Assembly (NCBI GenBank): GCA_017525035.1
Contig: JAFXTH010000023.1
Span: 115,687 to 179,686, forward strand
Length of the DNA stretch: 64,000 nucleotides
Source: Bacilli bacterium
GTDB lineage: Bacteria; Bacillota_I; Bacilli_A; RF39; UBA660
Direction: 5' to 3'
Shown here in pieces: positions 19,326-27,711 of the stretch. Position 1 is the first letter of the stretch; each line of letters begins with the position of its first letter. The translations under genes and the position numbers were made by a program. Below the pieces are notes generated by a model. The model did not search any database. It was not told where the DNA came from and saw only the letters and a program-made list of their open reading frames with translations.

Positions 19326-19413
19326 AATAATATCACCACCTATTTTTTTGTATAATAATCTAATTTTATTATATCACTTATAGGTATTAATTCCTACAAA
19401 TAGATTAATTTTT

Positions 19414-19448
19414 TCACAAAAAAACAGATATTTTTCAATATCTGTTTT
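19414..19448 (-). terminator. Terminator after virB4
   Basis: Stem aaacagata/tatctgttt followed by a long T-run on the minus strand. Confidence 0.55.
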
Positions 19449-19457
19449 AGTACTATT

Positions 19458-21272
19458 TTATAGTCCTCCACCGCTACCGAATGAAGTTAATTCTTCAGGC
19501 GTAACTATTACGTTAATTCTCATTCTTCTGTGACCGCAGACAAATAACGCTTCACCTTGAGAATACTGCTTAATACTTTCTTTTTCATTATCATTTAAAT
19601 CAATTAATAAACCTAAATCTTCAGTAGCTTGTTTCTTAAGCCCCATTATCAAATAATAAGAAGCATTGTCGAATATTGCTTTACCTTGCATCAAAACTCC
19701 TGGTGCAGCAAAGTCACTTGGTTGTTGTGTAATGATAATAGTACCTGTGTTATATTTTCTTGCACGACGTTGAACTTGTGCTAAGAAATCAGCTCCTAGT
19801 GTATTATTATCTCCTAATAATACATGGGCTTCATCTACCATTAATACTGTATCGACTTCTTTATCAAGACATAGTCCCCATGCATACTTAAGTATATTGA
19901 AGAATAATGCATTCTTAATATTTTCTTCAGCATTCATCAACTCTTTAATATTGAATACGATAAAATCACTATTATGAGTTATTGTTGTATGTCCATCAAA
20001 GTAATATTTTAAATCTTTTGTCAACGGTCTAACTTTTAATTCAAGTTTTTCCATTATATCTCTTTCATGTGTATGATCAGTCATTGAAAGAAGTATTGCC
20101 TTAATAGTCTCATAAACATCTGAGAATGTTGGATAATCTTCTGGTGCAAAATCATAGAAATCTTTATCAAAATCTATTCCAAAACGTTTATATGTATCTT
20201 GCACTACTTCACTGAATATTGTTAATACATCTTCTTCAATTGATGGATCATAATATTTCATGAAAGCTTTTAAGAATTGTAATGTTCTTGTAAGAATTGT
20301 GTATCCAAGTCCTGACTTAATTTCTTCTTCATCAGCATCTACTACGATTTGTAAAGGGTTAATCATACCGAATTCTCCACCTTTACCTAAGTCAATAGTG
20401 TCTCCTCCAAAGTTCTTAGTCATTTCTTCAAGCTCGTTTTCTGGGTCAATTGCTACTATTTGACAACCATTTCTTATATGATTTCTTAATAGTAATTTAG
20501 CAGAAGTTGATTTTCCTGATCCTGAAGTACCTAACAAAATAAGGTTAGCATTGTTTCTGTTGTTTTCTTTTTTGATTTTGTATAGGAACTGGTTAAATAA
20601 GATAACACCTCCAGAGAAATCTACACCAAGAAGTGTTGATAATCCAGGATCTTTAACACTATCAAATATAAACGGATACATTGCTGCTATTGTAGTTGAA
20701 GGAATTGGTGTTCCAATTCTTTCTTCTATATCTTGTTTAGGGAAAATTGGAATAATTGATTTCAAAGCTTTTTCTTGCTCAAATCTCAATGCTACTCCTC
20801 TCATTTCCATAGCTTCTAAGTAACTTTTAACGTTAGTTTTTCTTAATTCTAGTTCTTCTTTAGTATCTGCCGTGATCATTATATGCATTTGGAAATCAAA
20901 TATTTTTGACTGGCTTGATGCAATCATAGTAACGAATGATTCAAGTGATTCATAGTCCATACGAATCTTTTCTTGCATTGTTCTATCACGTTCTTCTTGA
21001 TACTTTTGTTTTAATTCTGCAATTTGTTTATTTAACATTTTTGAAACAATTGAGAATGGTACAGGCACATGCTTAACTACTATCTTAATTCCTGGCATAC
21101 TAGTTAAGTTTGATAAATAACCTGGAGTAATAAATTTAGGATAAGATACAACCGTTAATATTGTTGCATACTTATCACTTATAAAGAAATCACTTGGATA
21201 AAATTGTAATCCTTTAGGTGCTAATTGCGCTTTAATATTAATATTACTCACTTTGAACCACCACCGTTTCAT
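19458..21272 (-). CDS. virB4: VirB4-family T4SS ATPase, C-terminal 604 aa (ATPase body)
   Basis: Walker A LLGTSGSGKST and Walker B VLMVDEAHVLL. The N-terminal part AQLAPKGLQFYPSDFFISDKYATILTVVSYP matches the mid-N-domain of Tn916 Orf16/TcpF-type VirB4. Confidence 0.9.
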   Translation of the reverse strand: MKRWWFKVSNINIKAQLAPKGLQFYPSDFFISDKYATILTVVSYPKFITPGYLSNLTSMPGIKIVVKHVPVPFSIVSKMLNKQIAELKQKYQEERDRTMQEKIRMDYESLESFVTMIASSQSKIFDFQMHIMITADTKEELELRKTNVKSYLEAMEMRGVALRFEQEKALKSIIPIFPKQDIEERIGTPIPSTTIAAMYPFIFDSVKDPGLSTLLGVDFSGGVILFNQFLYKIKKENNRNNANLILLGTSGSGKSTSAKLLLRNHIRNGCQIVAIDPENELEEMTKNFGGDTIDLGKGGEFGMINPLQIVVDADEEEIKSGLGYTILTRTLQFLKAFMKYYDPSIEEDVLTIFSEVVQDTYKRFGIDFDKDFYDFAPEDYPTFSDVYETIKAILLSMTDHTHERDIMEKLELKVRPLTKDLKYYFDGHTTITHNSDFIVFNIKELMNAEENIKNALFFNILKYAWGLCLDKEVDTVLMVDEAHVLLGDNNTLGADFLAQVQRRARKYNTGTIIITQQPSDFAAPGVLMQGKAIFDNASYYLIMGLKKQATEDLGLLIDLNDNEKESIKQYSQGEALFVCGHRRMRINVIVTPEELTSFGSGGGL

Positions 21273-21795
21273 ATGTCATTGTTTTACCACCATTTAAGAA
21301 GTTATCAAGTACAATTCTTAAATCTTCGTTTGTTGCTTGTTGCGCAGACAATCCTGCTGTGGCAAGTGAATTTATCAAATTACGAATTTTCTTTTGAATT
21401 TTTTCTGGATCTTTTTCTTTAAATAAAATGTAATATTCAGTATCAACAACATTGTTGTTAATAAATGCGTTACCTTTATTGATATCTTCAGCAATTAGCT
21501 TTCTTATTGCTGGAGATTGTTCTTGGTTATATAGCAAATGAAGTTGTGACATATAAATTGATATATCAACTGGTCTATCTGCTACTACTAACCAGAATTC
21601 ATAATCTATCGAATTATAAAAATTCCTTAAATTAAATAATATATTTTGTTGTGAGTCTTCATCAAGAATAAAGATATTTCTTGGAGCTATTTTAACTCCT
21701 GTTACCTTTTCTTGATTATTCAATATAATTGCTCCACCACTTATACCTTTTACTGGAATCCAGTCTTCAGTATATTTACTTCTTGCTGTCGCCAT
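21244..21795 (-). CDS. VirB4 N-terminal domain encoded as a separate 183-aa ORF (split gene or frameshift)
   Basis: WIPVKGISGGAIILNNQEKVTGVKIAPRNIFILDEDSQQNILFNLRNFYNSIDYEFWLVV resembles the extreme N-terminus of Gram-positive VirB4 homologues. It overlaps the next ORF by 29 nt in a different frame. Confidence 0.55.
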   Translation of the reverse strand: MATARSKYTEDWIPVKGISGGAIILNNQEKVTGVKIAPRNIFILDEDSQQNILFNLRNFYNSIDYEFWLVVADRPVDISIYMSQLHLLYNQEQSPAIRKLIAEDINKGNAFINNNVVDTEYYILFKEKDPEKIQKKIRNLINSLATAGLSAQQATNEDLRIVLDNFLNGGKTMTYETVVVQSE

Positions 21796-22102
21796 AACTA
21801 CCACACCAACCTTTCCATATGTATTGTTGTCTATTTACAAAGTAAAAACTATATATTGCTTGTAGAAGTACCAGTACATTATGTTGATAAGGTATTGGCA
21901 TAACTAACAATATGCAAATTATTCCAGGTAACATCAGTAATATTGTTACTAATGTATCTGAAGCTGCATCTTGGAATGCAACCAACAATATAAACGATAT
22001 TAATAGTCCCACTGCAAATATTATCAAATCAATTCCTCTGAAATAACCAAATATTAGTTTCCCTCTATTGGCATTTGCGGGAATCAAATACTCATTATTC
22101 AT
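21776..22102 (-). CDS. PrgI/TcpE/VirB3-like small membrane protein
   Basis: 108 aa with two hydrophobic segments. The motif GKLIFGYFRGIDLIIFAVG and the position directly upstream of virB4 are typical of this family. Confidence 0.55.
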   Translation of the reverse strand: MNNEYLIPANANRGKLIFGYFRGIDLIIFAVGLLISFILLVAFQDAASDTLVTILLMLPGIICILLVMPIPYQHNVLVLLQAIYSFYFVNRQQYIWKGWCGSYGDSKK

Positions 22103-22120
22103 TGTGCATCACACTCCCTA

Positions 22121-24190
22121 TTATTTCTTCTTTCCTCTATTTTCAAGCGCTTTAGTATTAGCTTGTCGTACACTATATCTAGGTCTATTTTTAATTTCAA
22201 TAGAACTTCTTTCGGCAACATCATTAGCTGCCTTAGCTTCTTTATAAGTAGTAGCAGGAGCTTGTTTACCTTTATGAAGTGCTTGATTGTAAGCTGTGTC
22301 TCGTGCATTGAATGTTGCTTGATTGTCGTGAATATCTTGCTTTGCTGCATTAGCTGTAGTAGCATCTACTATACCGTAAGAGTTAAGTGCAGTATAGTTT
22401 CCTGTACTGATAGCTTGATCGATTTGAGCTTCTGTAAGATTTTTATATCTATCATAAGCAGCGCCTTTTGCTTGTTTTCCATAAGTAATTTTTTCTTGTG
22501 ACTGTGCTTGTCCAATACTAGAGAATCCATGACTTGTTGCCCAACTATTGTCATTTGTTGCAATAGCTGCTTGTAATTCACCATATGTAAAGCTGTGAGC
22601 ACCATTTGTTAATGTTTGAACTGCAGCTTTCTTTCCTAGCCAGTCATCGAATGACTTAAATTCATCGCCAATTGCTTTGTTAGCTTCAATTTTTTCCTTA
22701 TCAGCTCCACCAGCAGTTGTTCCTGTTAGAGCATTTCTTACAGCAGCTCTTCCTCTTCCAAATGCAGTAGATCCTTCCATAGCATAGCTTCTTCTTTGAG
22801 CGTTTCCTGCTGCCTGAGAACCCCATCCTTTAGCTAAACCACCGACAAAGTTACCATTTTTACCAGCACCTTTTTTACCAGCAGCTCCACCTTCAATGGC
22901 ACCTTTTAATGCACTAACTGGGTTAAGTAACGCACCTGCTGCAGCAAGGCCATGTTTATTTCTAAGCGCTGTACCTGCAGCCCCTAAGTTTCCACCTAAT
23001 GCTCTTGCAGCACCTGCAGTAGCACCAAGACCTATTCCTCCAACAATACCTGCTGTTTTTGCTACAGATTTAACATCATCAAATAATCCACCTTTATCTG
23101 CCTTCATTCCCATTGATTCCTTAATGAATTTAGGGGCTTCTTTAGCAAAATATATCAATCCGATTATTAACAATACTATTAAATAATTCTTTCGCGTAGC
23201 ATTATTTGGCATTCCTGTAAATAATTCAGTTCCATTATCAATAGCAGAAGTTATCAAATCCAAGAACACTATTACTAAATAAACAATTGCAACTTTTATA
23301 AATATATCAAGGAATGTTGATATTAAATTCTTTGACCATTTCGAGAAAGCACTTTCTCCTTTGCTAGCTGCGGGATCTATCAATGACATTATAGGTATTG
23401 GTGCTATAACTTCTAGAATTACCAGTTTAAAGCACCTCTTTGCTAAATCTATTGATATACTTACTAACAGTAGCAACAATAGTATTCCAACAACCGTTGA
23501 TATTATAGGAATATACGTATATGTGTATACTTTTGAAACATCATATACCCACAAAAATCCCAAAAATCGCTTCTGACTACCTTCTACTTCGCAGTCTTCA
23601 ATTATTTTCCCACGGAAATCATCAGTATTTTCTATTTGTATTAAATCAAGTTTTCTAGTGTTGCAAAATTCGCTTAATCCATCTGCTGGGTGGAAAAATG
23701 TTCTAAGTGTAGATTTAATTATACTCTTTGTTGTATAGTCTACCGTATCACTAACATTGTTACCAACATCTGCTCCTAGTATTATTTTTGGAACAACTGG
23801 TAAAAAGGCTCTTTGAGCTCTTGGTATCAAAGCTCCTCCACCATCACTACCAAATCCAGAGAACAACAATGGTGGTAAGAACATAAGTGCAAATAGCATA
23901 ACAAATACTCTTGAAAATAATTTTCCCGCACCTTTAGTTTTGTCTACCATCTGTTCTGGATTTACCAGATATTGGAAAAATGAGAATGTAAGTTTAAAGG
24001 CCATAAATACACCTAAAACTACATATAGTCTTATATACAAACCGGAAAAAAGCTTAGAGTTTGTTGCTAACTCTGATATATCAAAAATACCTTGTAGTAT
24101 AGTTCCAAAAAAACCATAAACTAACTCATCAAAAAATCCAAATATTTGTCTTAGGATATCAAAAAACCAGTTCTGTGATTGAACACCCAT
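22121..24190 (-). CDS. VirB6/TrbL/TcpH-like polytopic T4SS channel protein with Gly/Ala-rich C-terminal region
   Basis: There are at least 6 hydrophobic segments in the first 370 aa, then a GGIGLGATAGAARALGGNLGAAG tract and a soluble tail. Position and architecture resemble Tn916 Orf15 / ConG / TcpH. Confidence 0.6.
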   Translation of the reverse strand: MGVQSQNWFFDILRQIFGFFDELVYGFFGTILQGIFDISELATNSKLFSGLYIRLYVVLGVFMAFKLTFSFFQYLVNPEQMVDKTKGAGKLFSRVFVMLFALMFLPPLLFSGFGSDGGGALIPRAQRAFLPVVPKIILGADVGNNVSDTVDYTTKSIIKSTLRTFFHPADGLSEFCNTRKLDLIQIENTDDFRGKIIEDCEVEGSQKRFLGFLWVYDVSKVYTYTYIPIISTVVGILLLLLLVSISIDLAKRCFKLVILEVIAPIPIMSLIDPAASKGESAFSKWSKNLISTFLDIFIKVAIVYLVIVFLDLITSAIDNGTELFTGMPNNATRKNYLIVLLIIGLIYFAKEAPKFIKESMGMKADKGGLFDDVKSVAKTAGIVGGIGLGATAGAARALGGNLGAAGTALRNKHGLAAAGALLNPVSALKGAIEGGAAGKKGAGKNGNFVGGLAKGWGSQAAGNAQRRSYAMEGSTAFGRGRAAVRNALTGTTAGGADKEKIEANKAIGDEFKSFDDWLGKKAAVQTLTNGAHSFTYGELQAAIATNDNSWATSHGFSSIGQAQSQEKITYGKQAKGAAYDRYKNLTEAQIDQAISTGNYTALNSYGIVDATTANAAKQDIHDNQATFNARDTAYNQALHKGKQAPATTYKEAKAANDVAERSSIEIKNRPRYSVRQANTKALENRGKKK

Positions 24191-24278
24191 AATATCACCT
24201 CTATGCTAGTATACGTATATTACCATTATAGCATAAAAAAAAACAATAATAAATAATTATTGCTTTTTAGTCAAAATT

Positions 24279-25463
24279 TTACGCATTCTTTTTGAAATAT
24301 CTAATGATATATGGTTCTTCTTTTGTTCCTTTACCACTACTATAGACACTTCTTGCACCAAATTTTGCAATTGGTTTAATCTCGTCTGTATAACTACAAA
24401 CCTCAGCTCTTAAACTTTTTTGAGATACCCCATATGCTTCGTATGTGTTTTCACTATTTCCTGTTGCAATCCACCATGTTTTACCAATGCTTGCTAAATA
24501 GTTATAGTTACCGCAACTTTTTGAAGTTGTTTTAATGCAGTTTTCATCCAAACTAGCACTCATATAATAATATGCTGGAAGTAGTCCCATATATTGCCCT
24601 TCTAAAACTTTTTTACATTCTATTGAACCATCATTACCTGTATCAGATGGTGCTCTTTTACCAACACATAAATTCATTGGTGTAATCATATATTTAATTC
24701 TACCACTGTATGATTTCTCAATTATTCCTACTTTTTCATCAAACACTTTTTCAGCAGTTTGCATAGCTCTGCTCTTATTTCCATTATTTTCATAATCATT
24801 TATTCCATAGTATTTAGAAGTTTCTAAATTATATCTATTATCCCAAGTTGTGTTTGCTGAAAGCTCATCTACTAAAATAGCAAGAAGATTTCCATCTTCA
24901 TCGATTGCTACAATTCTCCATAATGTATCTTGTACTTTAATGTAGTTGTGAACTCCATCCCCTCTAAATACATATTCATCTACTGCAGATATTCTATCTA
25001 AATCATTATCATTAGTTATGAATTTTCCATCATAACGAGCATATAATCCAGGTCCTTGAGTTGTTAAACTATCATTTATTACTTTTGTAGATAGTTTTAC
25101 GCTCTTGAAATATTTCTCACCACAATCAAGATTCGGAACATAGTTATATACTCCACTAATTGTTTGATATATTTCTACTGTTGCACTGCAATGAGTTTCA
25201 TCTTTAGCGTAAGATGATAAATCATCCATATAACCAAGCTCTGTTAATGTTCTATCACTGATACTTGGCGCTGCACTATTTAAACTAGATGGTAAGATTT
25301 TAGGATTATCTTTTGCATAGTTTCTAGCAGATTTTACAAGTAATTCCTCCATCTCTCTATATTCAAGTTTTACTCCACCGGCATTTGTTATTAAAAAGAA
25401 AAGTATCATTACTACCAACAATGCACCTAATATGCATAGATATTTAATCATTTGTTTATCCAT
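24279..25463 (-). CDS. N-terminally anchored extracytoplasmic protein, cysteine-containing, function unknown
   Basis: TM segment YLCILGALLVVMILFFLI followed by a soluble domain of about 360 aa with several Cys. RBS AGAGGTGA is present. Confidence 0.5.
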   Translation of the reverse strand: MDKQMIKYLCILGALLVVMILFFLITNAGGVKLEYREMEELLVKSARNYAKDNPKILPSSLNSAAPSISDRTLTELGYMDDLSSYAKDETHCSATVEIYQTISGVYNYVPNLDCGEKYFKSVKLSTKVINDSLTTQGPGLYARYDGKFITNDNDLDRISAVDEYVFRGDGVHNYIKVQDTLWRIVAIDEDGNLLAILVDELSANTTWDNRYNLETSKYYGINDYENNGNKSRAMQTAEKVFDEKVGIIEKSYSGRIKYMITPMNLCVGKRAPSDTGNDGSIECKKVLEGQYMGLLPAYYYMSASLDENCIKTTSKSCGNYNYLASIGKTWWIATGNSENTYEAYGVSQKSLRAEVCSYTDEIKPIAKFGARSVYSSGKGTKEEPYIIRYFKKNA

Positions 25464-25520
25464 ACCTTTTCACCTCTAATAATATTTTATCAAAAAGACA
25501 AAAAAATACAACTTTTTTGC

Positions 25521-25547
25521 ACAAAAAAAGTACTTTATAAAGTACTT
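25521..25547 (-). terminator. Terminator immediately after the VirB2-like gene
   Basis: Palindrome agtacttta/taaagtact followed by TTTTTTT on the minus strand. Confidence 0.6.
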
Positions 25548-25549
25548 TA

Positions 25550-25891
25550 TTAATCATCGTTTACTACTGTACTACCAGATGGTGCTTCTGATCCACCAGC
25601 TCCAGTCCAACAAGAACGCCAATTGCTGTCTCCAACAATTCCCATGATAACATCAACAATAGTAACTGCGAAGAATACTGCTGCTGCTGCTATTGCACGC
25701 TTTGTTAATTTTGAAGTAGCTGCTTTAATTTCCTTATCGTCACTTGCTAAAACTGCTTTTGCAAGGTCAATTGCTCCCATAATTAATAATAAAATTGGAA
25801 CAACAATCTTAACAACAGCAAACAATCCTGCTATTACTTTTACTATTGGTCCTAAACCATTACAACTATCTAAAATTTGAAATAATTCCAT
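25550..25891 (-). CDS. VirB2/TrbC-like pilin-like conjugal transfer protein
   Basis: 113 aa with two hydrophobic helices separated by a charged loop: IVVPILLLIMGAIDLAKAVLASDDKEIKAATSKLTKRAIAAAAVFFAVTIVDVIMG. This is the hairpin layout of VirB2-like subunits in Firmicute/Mollicute T4SS. Confidence 0.55.
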   Translation of the reverse strand: MELFQILDSCNGLGPIVKVIAGLFAVVKIVVPILLLIMGAIDLAKAVLASDDKEIKAATSKLTKRAIAAAAVFFAVTIVDVIMGIVGDSNWRSCWTGAGGSEAPSGSTVVNDD

Positions 25892-25915
25892 ATTAACTCC
25901 TCAACTTTCTATCTA

Positions 25916-25945
25916 ATTATACTATTTATTAACAAACATTGTCAA
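25916..25945 (-). promoter_or_regulatory. Consensus sigma-A promoter for the VirB2-like gene
   Basis: Minus strand reads TTGACA - 18 nt - TATAAT, ending about 25 nt before the ATG. Confidence 0.55.
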
Positions 25946-25951
25946 TAATTA

Positions 25952-26929
25952 CTATTTAAGCATTCCTAAATGTGCAAGTAATTCATAAACATCTCTTGAT
26001 CTTTCACGATCATTAAGAGGTGGTAAAACATAAAATAATTTTATACCTGCTTCTTGTGAGAACTCTTTAACGTCCCCTTGTGAAAGAATAGATTTATTTA
26101 TTATAACTTTCTTGCCTTTTAATCTAGAAAATACTGTTCTATCTCTTAACATTAATTTATTTAACTTAATTACTGAAGGTTCTATTAGATAGATAACATC
26201 ATCACAAATAGGTTCTTCATAATCATTTAAATCAACAAGAATATAGTTAACCCCAGCTGCTTTCATTATCTCTTGTGCAATAGAATGTTTATCAGTAGAA
26301 ATCATATTGCTTTCTTTAAAAAATGCAAATTCTCTTTTTTCAACTTCCAATGCTACAACAGACAAATTTTGCGCCTCTAATTCTTTCTTCATCATGTATA
26401 TAAGTGATGTTGCGCCTGCTCCATCAGTAACATCCTTTACTCCCAATGTTCTAATTCCAGAATGCATTGGTACAGATGGTGCCATAGGCTGATTTAGCTG
26501 TGGCATCATTGGTTGCTGCGGCTGTGGCATCATTGGTGTAACTGGCACCTCTGGTTGGTGTAAGTGAGCAACTTCTTTGTATGTATTTGGTGTATTTAAC
26601 AAATACATTACTCCATCACCATTAGTTGTAAAATTGTAATATCCCATTGAAATAAGTTTCGATAAGAAATAATTATTTGCCACCGGTGAATTTGCAGGTA
26701 TCAATAATATAATTTTATCTATTGGAAGTCCAATAGATAATTTCTGATAAGTTACAATATCTTCCTGATTTTGTAACGCAGTAATGTCAATTATCATACG
26801 AGCAAAGAAGAAATTAGTAAATGTACTAATTAATTCATCTGCAGTAAATGTACCTCTTAAGGTTTTTATAATTTCAATATTTAATGGGGATAATACGTTT
26901 TCTTGTTGGTTTACTACTAATACATTCAT
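25952..26929 (-). CDS. TadZ/CpaE-like protein (receiver-like N-domain plus ParA/MinD-like domain with degenerate Walker A)
   Basis: The C-terminal half has ParA/MinD-like spacing: LGVKDVTDGAGATSLIY ... YILVDLND ... VIYLIEPSVIKLNKL ... KVIINKS. The N-terminal 120 aa are REC-like. The two halves are joined by a Pro/Gln/Met-rich linker. Confidence 0.5.
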   Translation of the reverse strand: MNVLVVNQQENVLSPLNIEIIKTLRGTFTADELISTFTNFFFARMIIDITALQNQEDIVTYQKLSIGLPIDKIILLIPANSPVANNYFLSKLISMGYYNFTTNGDGVMYLLNTPNTYKEVAHLHQPEVPVTPMMPQPQQPMMPQLNQPMAPSVPMHSGIRTLGVKDVTDGAGATSLIYMMKKELEAQNLSVVALEVEKREFAFFKESNMISTDKHSIAQEIMKAAGVNYILVDLNDYEEPICDDVIYLIEPSVIKLNKLMLRDRTVFSRLKGKKVIINKSILSQGDVKEFSQEAGIKLFYVLPPLNDRERSRDVYELLAHLGMLK

Positions 26930-26960
26930 ATCACTAACCCACTCTCATTATTCTTTTTAT

Positions 26961-27389
26961 TTAATAAGTACCATATACTTGATCACAAGTATCCACGTTC
27001 CAGTTGCTTCCATTGTTACCGTTATCCTTTATCAGAGTTCCGGTCTCAATTTGTCGCGTTTCACCTTTTATTTCTACTTTAAGTGCGCCTGCTACGAATG
27101 GAACATCAAAATAAGCATAAAGACTTAGTGTATAGTAACCACCAGTTTCTCCTACTATAGTTCTACAAAATTTGTATGATTGATCGGCTGGATATCCTAG
27201 CTCAATCAATTTTGATTCAAACTCTTCTTGTGTTTTGATTCCTTCGTTTTTCTCAATGTAATTTATCATAGAATTTTTGATCTTATATACACGAGCATAG
27301 CGGATAACAGATGCCATAAACATTATAAAAATTGTCATGAAAAACAATACAATCCAAAATAGCATTGTTCCACCAATTGATTCACGCAT
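26961..27389 (-). CDS. TadE-like minor pilin / pseudopilin candidate
   Basis: N-terminus MRESIGGTMLFWIVLFFMTIFIMFMASV has a short charged leader, then Gly, then a hydrophobic helix. Size and position directly after the Flp-like gene also fit. Confidence 0.4.
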   Translation of the reverse strand: MRESIGGTMLFWIVLFFMTIFIMFMASVIRYARVYKIKNSMINYIEKNEGIKTQEEFESKLIELGYPADQSYKFCRTIVGETGGYYTLSLYAYFDVPFVAGALKVEIKGETRQIETGTLIKDNGNNGSNWNVDTCDQVYGTY

Positions 27390-27440
27390 CCATTATCACA
27401 CTCCTTCCTTTTTAACTATATAATTATGCTTCAAAACGGC

Positions 27441-27644
27441 CTAAGTACAACTTACTCCACCATTTTGGTCTTTGCAACATAATTGATCTCCTTGCTTATA
27501 ACAACTTGAATCTGATGCATCGTCCCATTTGTTACTTACTCCTCCTAACATGTTAGGTAAGAACATTGTTACGAATGCAAGTACTGCTGCAATTGCAATA
27601 ATTGTAACAAGTGTCATATTTAATTCTCCTGTTGCCTCTTTCAT
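27441..27644 (-). CDS. Flp-type pilin candidate (67 aa) with Cys-rich C-terminus
   Basis: MKEATGELNMTLVTIIAIAAVLAFVTMFL... has a short leader ending in Gly plus a hydrophobic helix, as in Flp prepilins, but lacks the usual EY pair. The C-terminus is SSCYKQGDQLCCKDQNGGVSCT. It has a strong RBS AAAGGAG. Confidence 0.5.
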   Translation of the reverse strand: MKEATGELNMTLVTIIAIAAVLAFVTMFLPNMLGGVSNKWDDASDSSCYKQGDQLCCKDQNGGVSCT

Positions 27645-27678
27645 AAATTAATTTCTCCTTTCTACTTTATATAAATAT

Positions 27679-27707
27679 ATTATAACCTCTTTTATCCTTA
27701 ATATCAA
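27679..27707 (-). promoter_or_regulatory. Consensus-like sigma-A promoter for the Flp-like pilin gene
   Basis: Minus strand reads TTGATA - 17 nt - TATAAT in the 67-bp gap between tadC-like and the pilin gene. Confidence 0.55.
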
Positions 27708-27711
27708 TATT

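Noticed and set aside
22099-22605. Minus-strand ORFs 22099-22365 and 22369-22605, out of frame with the VirB6-like gene
   Set aside because: They are alternative-frame ORFs nested inside the 689-aa gene. The composition is Lys/Leu/Gln-rich, typical of off-frame AT-rich sequence. The long frame has membrane-protein character and a proper RBS.
22896-23186. 96-aa Ala/Pro-rich plus-strand ORF, plus other plus-strand ORFs inside the cluster such as 13084-13437, 25623-25880 and 34450-34827
   Set aside because: All lie antisense within well-supported minus-strand genes and mirror their Gly/Ala- or Ser-rich tracts. They have no start context and no recognisable motifs.
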